64,000 bases of DNA from an uncultured delta proteobacterium (lineage in GTDB: Bacteria; Desulfobacterota; Desulfomonilia; UBA1062). The position numbers were made by a program, and so were the translations under genes. Positions 32,265 to 44,100 of the stretch are shown one piece after another. Location of the stretch: positions 1 through 64,000 of the forward strand of contig CAVVYZ010000021.1 in NCBI GenBank assembly GCA_963752595.1. The letters are read 5' to 3'. Position 1 is the first letter of the stretch. Every line of letters begins with the position of its first letter. Below the pieces are notes generated by a model, which did no database searches, was not told the DNA's origin, and saw only the letters and a program-made list of their open reading frames with translations.

Positions 32265-32510
32265 GGACCTCCTATATAGGGAAACATAATCCCATTGCAA
32301 GGGATCTCTCACGGTTTTTCCCGACAAATACATTTTCTTTTTCAGGCCGATCCATACCTGATTGTTATTTCACACGAGGTAAAGATCGGCCGGCACTTGA
32401 TTATGAATGATTATTCATTTTTGAGAAAGTTACCGGCTGTCCCTTTAGTCATTAATGCACTTCAACCTATTATTAATAGGTATTAATTACTATATCGTAA
32501 TAGTATTCCC

Positions 32511-32539
32511 TTGACTATGTGCAAGTTATCACGTAACGT
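32511..32539 (+). promoter_or_regulatory. Putative sigma70 promoter for the sigma-factor gene
   Basis: TTGACT-17 bp-TAACGT. Confidence 0.4.
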
Positions 32540-32571
32540 TGGTAAGTCCTTGTTCTTTTAAAGGAGGGTCT

Positions 32572-33333
32572 ATGGGGAGCAAATACTCTTGTTCTGATTT
32601 TGAGCTCTACACCAGAAAGATAAAGGACTATATCCTTCTCACCCCCGAAGAAGAGCTTGATCTTTCGAGGAAGTACAAACAGGGCAGTGTTATCGCCGGC
32701 CAGAAAATCGTCACCTCAAACTTACGTTTTGTTGTCAAGATTGCCCAATCGTATTTCCATCTCGGCTACGGACCGCTCGAAATAATCCAGGAAGGAAACA
32801 TGGGCCTGGTCAAGGCTTTGACCAGGTTTAATCCTGAGATGGGCGTCCGCTTCATCTGCTATGCCATCTGGTGGATCAAGGCCTATATAAGGAATTTTAT
32901 CCATAAGAGTTATCAGGTGCATACAGGGAGGCTCACCCATGCAAAGGGCCTCATCTCTCTCGACAGCAGCATATCGGGAGATAACGACGGCAATGATGAG
33001 TGCCTTCTGGATCATCTCCTGTACCAAGGCCCTGACCAGGATGACTGCTATGCACAGAAAGAGCACCATGCATATCTCCTAAAACTTCTGTCTTCGGACC
33101 CCCCTATCCTCTCGAAACGTGAAGTATTCATCATAGAAAAGCGCTTCTTCAATGACCCGCCGTCGACTCTCAAGGATATTGCAATAGAGATAGGCATTAC
33201 AAGGGAACGCGTCCGGCAGATCGAAATGCGGTCGCTCAAGCGGATCAGGGATGCCATCGAGAAGGAACAGGATATACTGTCAGTTGATATTCATCCGAGA
33301 AACGAATACCCCATGCGAAAAAAGAAATTATAG
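32572..33333 (+). CDS. RpoH-like sigma-70 family factor with an internal deletion
   Basis: Region 1.2 (LLTPEEE), region 2 (SNLRFVVKIA, IQEGNMGL, YAIWWIKAYI), region 4 (TLKDIA..GITRERVRQIE). Confidence 0.85.
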   Translation: MGSKYSCSDFELYTRKIKDYILLTPEEELDLSRKYKQGSVIAGQKIVTSNLRFVVKIAQSYFHLGYGPLEIIQEGNMGLVKALTRFNPEMGVRFICYAIWWIKAYIRNFIHKSYQVHTGRLTHAKGLISLDSSISGDNDGNDECLLDHLLYQGPDQDDCYAQKEHHAYLLKLLSSDPPILSKREVFIIEKRFFNDPPSTLKDIAIEIGITRERVRQIEMRSLKRIRDAIEKEQDILSVDIHPRNEYPMRKKKL

Positions 33334-33358
33334 AGGCTTGGGCAGCTGCCTTCTAGAT

Positions 33359-34708
33359 TTACCTGTTTGAAAGGTCGACAAACTTTGTAAACTCGGGGAA
33401 CCACTTCAGCTTGATTTCACCTGTGGGTCCGTTCCGATGTTTTGCGATAATCAGTTCGGCAATGCCTTTGTCCTGCGTGTCCGGGTTATAAACCTCATCC
33501 CTGTAGATGAAGCAGATGATGTCCGCATCCTGCTCGATTGCCCCCGATTCACGCAAATCAGCCATTTGAGGGCGCTTATTCTGCCTCTCCTCCACCCTGC
33601 GGTTAAGCTGGCTCAACGCAATGATGGGAATTTTGAATTCTTTTGCAATCGCCTTGAGGCTGCGGGAAATTTCCGAGATCTCCTGTTCACGGGAATCAGA
33701 CCGTGCCTTCGAGCTCGTCATGAGTTGGAGATAATCGATGACGACAAGCCGCAACTCGCCCTGCGCCGCCAGCCTCCGTAACTTACCTCGTATTTCCATG
33801 GGAGATATCCCCGCCGTATCATCTATATAAATCGGCGCATCGGACAGCGTGCCCGATGCATTCAGGAGCCTGCTCCAATCCTCTTTCTTGAGCATGGACA
33901 GGGACGAGGCGGAGCGCACCAGGCTCTGGTTTATCTGTGCCTCGGAGGCAAGCATTCTCAAAACAAGCTGCTCGACCCCCATTTCGAGAGAAAACACAGC
34001 TACGGTCATCTGTTCGGCAACAGCAACATACTGGGCGATATTCATGGCAAGGGAGGTTTTTCCCATGGAAGGCCGTGCGGCAATGATAACAAGATCGGAT
34101 TTATGCAGACCGCCGAGCAGCTGGTTATCGAGGTCGATGAACCCGGAGGGCACCACCCCCTCATCGATCTCCCCTTTGGCTATCCGGCCGAGGTGATGGT
34201 ACATATCCTGGAGAGGAACCCCGATCTTGGTCAATCCTCCCTTCTTACTCTTGAGATGCCTGTTGATATCGAAGACGATCTGCTCCGCATACTCCAATAC
34301 CTGGGGAACATCCTCACCGGGATTGCGCGCAGTCTTGATAATCTCCCCTGCGCCTATGATGAGCGACCGAAGAATCGCCTTTTCACGTATAAGCCTTGCA
34401 TAGTATTCAATATTCGCGGTCGTTGGAATTCGGTCTGCAAGCTGGGCAATATAACTTGCGCCTCCCACCTTATCCTGCCTCCCCTTGCCCTCGACAGCCT
34501 CGGTAAGAGAAACCAGGTCGATAGCCACACCCTTATCCATGAGGTTGAGCATTTCCTCATAGATAATGCGATGGCGTTCTGCATAGAAATCATCGGGCGT
34601 GATGATCTCGCAGATGACATCAAGGGAAGAGTTCTCCAGCAGCACCCCCCCGAGGATGAATTCTTCCGCCTCTTTATTGTGGGGCAGGGCTGCAGAAGCT
34701 ATTTCCAT
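33359..34708 (-). CDS. dnaB: Replicative DNA helicase
   Basis: AARPSMGKT, IDYLQLM, LSQLNR, DLRESGAIEQDAD, KHRNGPTG. Confidence 0.98.
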   Translation of the reverse strand: MEIASAALPHNKEAEEFILGGVLLENSSLDVICEIITPDDFYAERHRIIYEEMLNLMDKGVAIDLVSLTEAVEGKGRQDKVGGASYIAQLADRIPTTANIEYYARLIREKAILRSLIIGAGEIIKTARNPGEDVPQVLEYAEQIVFDINRHLKSKKGGLTKIGVPLQDMYHHLGRIAKGEIDEGVVPSGFIDLDNQLLGGLHKSDLVIIAARPSMGKTSLAMNIAQYVAVAEQMTVAVFSLEMGVEQLVLRMLASEAQINQSLVRSASSLSMLKKEDWSRLLNASGTLSDAPIYIDDTAGISPMEIRGKLRRLAAQGELRLVVIDYLQLMTSSKARSDSREQEISEISRSLKAIAKEFKIPIIALSQLNRRVEERQNKRPQMADLRESGAIEQDADIICFIYRDEVYNPDTQDKGIAELIIAKHRNGPTGEIKLKWFPEFTKFVDLSNR

Positions 34709-34712
34709 CAGG

Positions 34713-35165
34713 TTATGCCTCGTTATCGGCAGTCACCTCGACCTTGAGTGTGGCTGAAACACCAGGATAGAGCCGTACCATTACTTCGTGTGACCCGATA
34801 TGACGGATTGCTTCCGGAAGAACGATCTTCTTCTTATCTATTTCGAAACCCTTTTCTTTCAAGGCATCGAAGATATTCGAGTTCGTGACCGAACCGAAGA
34901 GTTTCCCTTCCTGCCCCGTCTTGACTGAGAATTTCAAGTTTATGGACTCAAGTTCCTGTGCAAACTTCTGCGCATGCTCTTTGGTCTTTGCTTCGGATCT
35001 GATCTTTGCCTGTATCTTATCTTTGAATTCCTTGATATTCTTGTCAGATGCCATCAGGGCCAGACCTTTGGGTATCAGGTAATTCCGTGCATATCCATCC
35101 TTTACCTTTACCTCTTGTCCGACGCTTCCAATACCGTCTATGCTTTCCAGCATCACTACCTTCAT
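34713..35165 (-). CDS. rplI: 50S ribosomal protein L9
   Basis: VKDGYARNYLIP, KLFGSVT. Confidence 0.98.
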   Translation of the reverse strand: MKVVMLESIDGIGSVGQEVKVKDGYARNYLIPKGLALMASDKNIKEFKDKIQAKIRSEAKTKEHAQKFAQELESINLKFSVKTGQEGKLFGSVTNSNIFDALKEKGFEIDKKKIVLPEAIRHIGSHEVMVRLYPGVSATLKVEVTADNEA

Positions 35166-36085
35166 GTTTCTTCTCCTTTAGTATTTCTTATCTTATTCCT
35201 GAAATTGAACCAGGTATCGAACAAACCAAGAGCAGCGACACCAATCATTATATATATCTGAGTCAAAATCAATATGTAAATAACCCACCTTATGAACTTG
35301 GACCATTGGTGTTCGAACATGGCAAAGGCTATTATTGCCAAGCCCTGGAAAAAATAGATCTGAGCCGTTACGATCAGAAGATTCAGCCCGATCGTGTGAG
35401 CAAGATCATATTGTATGAGGATTAGCGCACTAGCAAGTATAAAAAACCCGACTATCCAGTCCGGGCATTTCCAGGTCCGGAGCTGCATGTGCCTGTGCGG
35501 TCCCTTTGCGATGAGGAGGTTCATCCACATCACACTCAAGACCGATGACGCGGTTATTCCCCAGAAGACTTCCACGATGCGGGATTGTATGGCTGGCCTG
35601 TTCAGACTGAATTCGCTGAAGGAATCCCGGGAAAGGGTCTGGGCATAGAGGGAAGATACCTGATCCACGACACCATTCACCCATTGGCCTATCATTGCCT
35701 GTGGTGCTATGTTTTTCTGGCCGGCCTCATAGAAAATACCGATCACGAAAAGTGAGAAGATCAGGCAGGAAGGGAGAAACACCGAGAGTCCGAAATTGCC
35801 CCGGTGAATGCATTTGTTCAGAATAATGCCGCACACAATAAGGCACACGAACATAATCCCGCCCTGGGTGTATCCAGGGACAACCATGAGAAGCGCCGGT
35901 GCAAGTCCTACCAGCATGGCATAGGAAGGCTTGCTGAAACGGTCTGCAAGAATAGAGTAGAGCGAGGGAAGGCACAGCGCCAGGGGCAACGCATCTGTAG
36001 TTGCAGTGATCACGAGCGCGCACATAAAAAGAAAGACCCCGGATAAAATCCATAGGGTCTTTTGGCCTCTTTGCATCAGAGGCAT
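35162..36085 (-). CDS. DUF2232/YybS family membrane protein
   Basis: Polytopic; Y.FQGLA and GLFDTWFNFR; canonical position between rpsR and rplI. Confidence 0.85.
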   Translation of the reverse strand: MPLMQRGQKTLWILSGVFLFMCALVITATTDALPLALCLPSLYSILADRFSKPSYAMLVGLAPALLMVVPGYTQGGIMFVCLIVCGIILNKCIHRGNFGLSVFLPSCLIFSLFVIGIFYEAGQKNIAPQAMIGQWVNGVVDQVSSLYAQTLSRDSFSEFSLNRPAIQSRIVEVFWGITASSVLSVMWMNLLIAKGPHRHMQLRTWKCPDWIVGFFILASALILIQYDLAHTIGLNLLIVTAQIYFFQGLAIIAFAMFEHQWSKFIRWVIYILILTQIYIMIGVAALGLFDTWFNFRNKIRNTKGEET

Positions 36086-36089
36086 GGGA

Positions 36090-36338
36090 TCAGTCGTGTA
36101 CGGTGAAGGGCAAGAACGCCATGATTCTGGCTCTTTTTATCTCCACAGTCAGTACCCTCTGATGCCGGGAGCAGGTACCGGTAATCCTTCTGGGGAGCAT
36201 CTTGCCGCGCTCTGTTATAAAACTCTGAAGCATTCCGGTGTTCTTATAATCGATCTTGATATTCTTATCTTCACAGAACCTGCACGTCTTCCTTTTATAG
36301 TATGTTCTTGACTTTGGGTTTCCCTGTCTGTTCTGCAT
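36090..36338 (-). CDS. rpsR: 30S ribosomal protein S18 (Zn-binding type)
   Basis: [24 protein letters not shown]. Confidence 0.98.
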   Translation of the reverse strand: MQNRQGNPKSRTYYKRKTCRFCEDKNIKIDYKNTGMLQSFITERGKMLPRRITGTCSRHQRVLTVEIKRARIMAFLPFTVHD

Positions 36339-36339
36339 A

Positions 36340-36729
36340 TTATTCCCCCACCTCTTCTGTCTTGGTCTCTGCTGCCGGTTCGGCCTCTTTAGCCGATTCG
36401 GGTTCTACTGCCGGCTTAGGAAGGAGCTCTTCTTTTGTCACGTGACGGTCGAGCTTGATGACAACGAAGCGGACGATATTCTCATCGATCCGCAAAAAGC
36501 GCTCGATTTCAGGAATCATCGATCCCGGTCCCTCGAGATATCCAAGGAAATAACGGCCTCTGGTATACTTCTGGATCTTGTACGCTAGACCCCGTATTCC
36601 CTGATCATCGATCTTGATTACTTCGCCGCCGTTCTTGGTAATGGTGGTTGTAAACCTGGTGAGGAGTTTTGCCTGGTCCTCTTCTCCGATGTCCGGATTC
36701 TGGATAAACATTACCTCATAGAGATTCAT
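36340..36729 (-). CDS. rpsF: 30S ribosomal protein S6
   Basis: YEVMFI..P, LAY.I.K...G.Y, IDENIVR; AAGGAGG RBS. Confidence 0.96.
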   Translation of the reverse strand: MNLYEVMFIQNPDIGEEDQAKLLTRFTTTITKNGGEVIKIDDQGIRGLAYKIQKYTRGRYFLGYLEGPGSMIPEIERFLRIDENIVRFVVIKLDRHVTKEELLPKPAVEPESAKEAEPAAETKTEEVGE

Positions 36730-36734
36730 ACTAT

Positions 36735-36778
36735 CCTCCTTATGGATTTGTAGCCCCCCTATAAAGGAGCAAGGAGCG
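36735..36778 (-). promoter_or_regulatory. S6:S18 ribosomal-protein leader (autoregulatory RNA)
   Basis: CUCCUUG pairs with UAAGGAG (the SD), inner GCUCCUU/AGGGGGGC stem, unpaired CCA next to the SD stem. Confidence 0.65.
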
Positions 36779-36904
36779 AGCATTTATTATAATAAAGTAG
36801 ACACTCATGCAAGTACAAAATATTCGATGCTTTTGCCTTGCAATGCATCGATGTGCCCGGAGTCTTCGCCTTATGGATCCCTTATTCGAGCTATCCCATT
36901 AAAG

Positions 36905-37177
36905 TCATCGCCGGATGAGGAATCCCCGGATTTCCGGTTCGAGCTCGGCTTTTACTGCCTCTACTTGGTCGACCCGTGCCCCGGGCGGCCCTTCGCGGCA
37001 CCATTGAAGGAACATTTCAACCGCTTCGTCCGTTCCTTGCGCATAAGCCTCAACGGAGCCGTCAACGGTATTCTTCACCCAGCCTGAAACCCCGTAGTAT
37101 TCCGCGCGCTCCTTGGCACTTGCCCGAAACCAGACACCTTGTACTATCCCGGATATTTTCAGGTGAAAAGCTTTCAT
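36905..37177 (-). CDS. acyP: Acylphosphatase
   Basis: GIVQGVWFR, GWVKN..DGSVE, GPPGARV. Confidence 0.95.
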   Translation of the reverse strand: MKAFHLKISGIVQGVWFRASAKERAEYYGVSGWVKNTVDGSVEAYAQGTDEAVEMFLQWCREGPPGARVDQVEAVKAELEPEIRGFLIRR

Positions 37178-37181
37178 AGAG

Positions 37182-39242
<2,061 letters not shown>

Positions 39243-39360
39243 CTAGATTTTATTGATTTATCATAAAAAAGACTTGATCAAAAGAATAATATGATTAATA
39301 CAATATATAGACAACTGTACGGCATAAAAAAATTGCACCGTGAACTATAAGGAGGTTGTA

Positions 39361-39597
39361 ATGGGTAAGGTTGTATTTAATGTTCAGGACCAATTCCTCA
39401 ATCAAGCCAGAAAGGAAAAGGTACCTATTGTAGTGACCCTCATCGACAACGAAAGGGTTGGGGGGTTTGTGAAAAGTTTTGACCCGTTCTGCATACTCAT
39501 TCAGACCGATAAGCCGGTGCTCATCTATAAACATGCAGTTGCGAGTATCGAGCCTTCCGAGACAAACTCCAAACTGAAGGATTTCCTTGCAGGATGA
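39361..39597 (+). CDS. hfq: RNA chaperone Hfq (divergent distal face)
   Basis: QDQFLN..RKEK, SFD.F, YKHA; AAGGAGG RBS. Confidence 0.92.
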   Translation: MGKVVFNVQDQFLNQARKEKVPIVVTLIDNERVGGFVKSFDPFCILIQTDKPVLIYKHAVASIEPSETNSKLKDFLAG

Positions 39598-40718
39598 GGA
39601 TCACCCAAGACCAGAAGATAAAAACCTTTCTCATTCTTCTCGTTATTCTGCTGTCTGCTCCCATAATATGCCGGGCAGAGGTATCTATTACCGTGTCCGG
39701 CATGGGAGTCATTGCGGACAACAATCTCTCCAAGGCAGAACAACAGGCGCTGCAGGATGCGTTCGCAAAGGCCGTGCTTCAGGTTGCGCTGAGACAGGTG
39801 CCGGACAGTTCGGTACCGGATCTGGTGCAACTGCTTCCGGAGTACACCACCTCAAGACGGATGCAGGATATTGCCCAGTATCAGATAGTATCACGTTCAC
39901 AGCAGAACGGCGTGCTCCTGTTAAGCGTGGACGTCAAGCTCAATGATGATTCTCTCAGGGAGTGGATCAACGCCCACGCTCTTGCGACGCCTGTCGGGCT
40001 TAGGCCGAAGATACTGTTCATGATCTCTTATATCGAGCCTGGAAAAGCCAGAGCTTCCCAGTGGTGGGCCAGCAAAAGCAGAAGTTCCTACTCTCCGTTT
40101 GAAACTCAATTCGCGAATGAGCTCAATCGCTTCGGAGAAAACGTCATTGATGTCTCCCGGGGAATACGGGTAACACAGACAGGACTTCAAAGCCCCCTGG
40201 ATATAGCGAGGTTGCTTGGGGCCGATATTCTACTCACCGGATCCCTCGCCTATTCTCCTGTATTCAATAAAGTATACGACTGTTCTTTCAAGGCAGCCTT
40301 GATTGACGTGAAATCCCAAGCAACCCTTTCATCCTGGTCAATTTCTCATAAAGGCGATTTAGCGGTTCCCACAATGAACTCCCTCATGATCGATGAAGTC
40401 ATCAAGCAGGTCCGCTCTCCGATAAGCACAAAGATTACTAGCCAGACCCGGCTTATGATAAGAAAGGATCTCTGCATCGAGGGAATACGCGACCACAGGA
40501 CATATCAATCGATGATCAATGCCCTGAAATCCAACGGCAACGTATTACGCATCAACGTAACGAGCATAAACGGCCACTCGCATGCCGTATGTCATACCAT
40601 GGAACTCACGGGAAGCCTTTCCGATGCCCTGGAAAACCTCCGGCGCAAGCAGATTGCTGAAGCTGATATACTCGTTGAAGATGATAAAGCCTACATCAAA
40701 ATTATCAAATCAAATTAA
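39594..40718 (+). CDS. Exported hypothetical protein, FlgT-N-like N-terminal domain
   Basis: Signal peptide; G.G......A...ALQDAF.KAV pattern; ATGA overlap with hfq. Confidence 0.6.
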   Translation: MRITQDQKIKTFLILLVILLSAPIICRAEVSITVSGMGVIADNNLSKAEQQALQDAFAKAVLQVALRQVPDSSVPDLVQLLPEYTTSRRMQDIAQYQIVSRSQQNGVLLLSVDVKLNDDSLREWINAHALATPVGLRPKILFMISYIEPGKARASQWWASKSRSSYSPFETQFANELNRFGENVIDVSRGIRVTQTGLQSPLDIARLLGADILLTGSLAYSPVFNKVYDCSFKAALIDVKSQATLSSWSISHKGDLAVPTMNSLMIDEVIKQVRSPISTKITSQTRLMIRKDLCIEGIRDHRTYQSMINALKSNGNVLRINVTSINGHSHAVCHTMELTGSLSDALENLRRKQIAEADILVEDDKAYIKIIKSN

Positions 40719-40791
40719 TCTTCGACCTATTTAATTTATTTATCAGAAAAGTTATATCAAACTGTATCAAAGAGCATGATGCTCCTGTAGA

Positions 40792-40819
40792 TAAAGGGAC
40801 CGCTTGTTTAAGCGGCCCT
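40792..40819 (-). terminator. Intrinsic terminator of the pil cassette
   Basis: AGGGCCGCTT-AAAC-AAGCGGTCCCT hairpin followed by TTAT on the minus strand. Confidence 0.55.
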
Positions 40820-40836
40820 CCAGCAATGGAGACACC

Positions 40837-41157
40837 CTAATCAGACGGCAAGAGAATAATCTTTTGAGCGATTATTCTTCCATCTTCCTTCTCCTGCCCG
40901 ATAACCATCACCCTCTTGCCTACTTCAAGACTTGAGGATGGTATTGCTTTCTTGTCATATCTTTGGAACTCGGCAGATGAGAAGTTCACCTCTGTCCCGG
41001 CAACAACGAGATGCTGCATTTTCATGGCTTGTATCTTCCCCTGCACCGTTATGGTTTCAGGTTTATCTGACCCGGCATGTGCCGGGGGGGTCGCACTGAA
41101 GAGGAGCATGACCGCAGCCACGGTTAAAAGTAATACTTTGCTAAAAGACTTTCTCAT
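40837..41157 (-). CDS. Small exported OB-fold protein (PilY2/DUF5666-like)
   Basis: Signal peptide ending AHA; VQGKI...LVV.G...L.VG.RV.V.G; follows pilY1. Confidence 0.6.
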   Translation of the reverse strand: MRKSFSKVLLLTVAAVMLLFSATPPAHAGSDKPETITVQGKIQAMKMQHLVVAGTEVNFSSAEFQRYDKKAIPSSSLEVGKRVMVIGQEKEDGRIIAQKIILLPSD

Positions 41158-41172
41158 CTGTTCCTCCTCCTT

Positions 41173-44100
41173 CTATTCATGTATCCAGTAAAACTGTTTT
41201 ACTTTTTTCATCTGATTGATAAGGATTGTCTTGGGTCCGACAATCAATACCGGACCATTTGATGTTACGGTAAGTTTCGGCTGCGGTGGAATGCCGGAAC
41301 CTAAATCCAAACCATGAATATACCTATCTCTCTCATCATAAACCGGTGCGATGTTGCCCTCTTCATCAGTCCCATCGTTCCCGGCCCAGTTGTACGCAGC
41401 TTCTCCTGTAAGATATTTCACGGCATAAAGCAAACCTGATCCCAGCCCTGAAGTGGAACACAGATCACCTCCATGTGCCGAATTCGGTACAAAGGTCGTA
41501 AAGTAAACCACACCGTCAAAGACAATGGGCGAAGATACCACTTTTTCCCCTGGCCTGACATGCTGTCCCAGTTCATACCCCAGACGGATGAACCACCCGT
41601 CGCAGTCGTTGCTCTTAACATAGTTGACATCATGCGGTGTGACGTATCCGGTTGAGTAATATGTCACGTCAATAAAATCAGTGTCCGCTTCTGTGATGAC
41701 GGCCGTGTCATCCTTATTCTTAATGCCGTAAAACCTGTTATCAGTGCCGGTTTCATTGGGATGCTCTCGGTCTCCGGTCCCGATGTAGACATGATCATAC
41801 ACTGAATACATGTCATTGCTGCCGGATGAATATCTATAGCCTTGCGTAGCGACATCAGGTGCATAGAATATTTTCATCCTGGCTGTAGATGCCGTGCCGC
41901 CACCTGCCTGGAACATCTTCCTCCCCGACCACGTTCCGTCGGTTTTGGACGCCTTCAGGGCGAAGAGCTGCCCTCCCATGTCACCGGCATAAATCTTATC
42001 GTCAAAGGTATCCCCATTGCTGTCGAACGAGATAAGATCGACGATGCTGTGGGTCATGGAAGAAAGATTGGCCTTGGCCTTGGTAAATTTCAGCATATCC
42101 AGAAGAATCCCATCGCTTGCTCTCACAGCGAAAATTGCCATCCCGCGCGTATCTTCCGAAGCGGGGCTGTCAAGATCCTGATTTGCAGCATCATAGCCGC
42201 CTGCAAGGACGATGGCGGCCTCGTAATCTGTAACACCGGATCCTGTCTTCAATTTGCTTACACGCGGCAGGCACCAGGATTGGCCAAGCAGTGGAGTACC
42301 AAGCACATTATCAGAAACATTCCATTTATACTCCGGAGTCTTATAGCCGTCGGCAATATATTTATTTGAAGCATCAAAGGCGCCGACCTTCAGAGTAAAA
42401 TAGTTATTTCCGCCTCTCCTGAGCCCAAAGGTGAGGTATTGATTACTGCCTGTCCTGTATAAGACAGGAGATCCGTCTACCAGAACCGGATGTGTTTCTG
42501 AATCTCTCAGCAGTTGCAGCTTCGGCAGTATTTGGTCAGGAATGAAGCACCACTCTTCCGTAACGGTATCATCACTGAGATTGGCATAATCCGAGCCTTC
42601 ATCATCAACAAAACAATGGAGGAAGCCATCGTTTGCGCCAACAAAAATTATGTTCTTGTTCCCATCCCGCATGACCACCGGCCTGGAATGCAGGATATCA
42701 CCCATGACCCAGGAGCGCTTGCTTACCCCGGTAACCGGTTTGTAAACTCCCTCTGCGCGGATAAAATTGATCAGATTGCTCCTGTCCTCAACGGTAGAGG
42801 TAGCGCCAAGCCCAAGCGCCGCGTTTGAAATGTTTGCGTTATCGAGGGAAAAGGCATTGGTGGCATCCGGAAGATATGACGAGATTCCAACCAAATTGGT
42901 ATAAAACTTCCTCGTGTCAAGACTGAGCAGCTTTGCACCGACTCCGCCCAAATCAACATCCAGCCCGTCAAGGCTGCTGTCTGACCAGCATGTCGACGGT
43001 TTTGTGCTCGAAGAAAAATCCGCCACAGCACCATACTTATCCAGGATCAGACCAGTATTGCTGAAGCCTAATTTTTTGAGATTGCCTTTCCACTCCGGTC
43101 CTTCCTCGGGCCTGAAAAGGCTTATGTAAAGACTGTTCCCGGCATACACGCGGTTCATCTTGCTCACGGGAACGACGGGTGCAACAAAGTTTGAATTATT
43201 CCGCAGTATCTCGCCTATGATTCCGGTCAGAGCAGCACCCAGGGCCTTGCCCTCATCAGCCATGAAGGTCTTTCCATGTCCATGGGTATTATTCGTAACA
43301 TGGTTCAGGAAGTCTTCGTTACAACCGGATCCGAACCCGATGGCATAGGTGACTATTCTTTGCGGGGAGAAAGCCGCGTCATTCCATGAAGCGCCGGAAT
43401 CTTGATCCTTGCTCGTCGAGTTGATGAGATCCACGTCATAAAGGAATTCCGAAACATCATCCATCCATATGTTGCCGTTGTCGATGCAGGTGTCGCATGA
43501 GCCTGCCCATGGGTTGACTTCATTGTCCTTGTCGATATCTCTTGGGGTACTCGGCCAGTAGTTGCCGATAGCTTTGCTGTCGATATAATCCGCACGGGTG
43601 AATATGTTTGCTCCGTTTCCGTTTCCGTCATCCACTGTCGGCATGCCGTCGGTAACTACAATGATGTAGTTCTTCTGGCACCTCCACTGTATGGGGGATG
43701 TGTATCTCCCGCTGCTCCCCAGGCCGTTGGATTCGCTGGGATAACCGGTTTGCCCCGATGTATTTGCCCAGGTATTGCCTCCAGCGAAATACAGTCCTGC
43801 CTCTGCCAGGGTTTCAGCCAAAGGCGTCCCTCCGCTGCTGGTCGGGTAGGAGTCTGATAAACTATCTCTGTAGGGATTCTTCCTATATGGTGTTTCCTCG
43901 TCTGTATAGTATCTATACCAGCACCTGATGCCTTCTTGAGGGGTCTCTCCAACAGCATTCTTTATTGTTTCATGCGATGAACCAAGAGGCGCAATGATAT
44001 ACCCTCCGCGATTTTGCTGTGATTCGGAGAGGTAGTTATAGGTACCATAACCCCTGAATACCATCAGTCCGAAACGAACCGATCCCTCGGTTACGGAGTC

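Noticed and set aside
40741-40785. TATCA direct repeats and a GAGCAT-G-ATGCTC dyad between convergent genes
   Set aside because: Short, irregularly spaced, and located in a convergent 3' gap where an operator is unlikely
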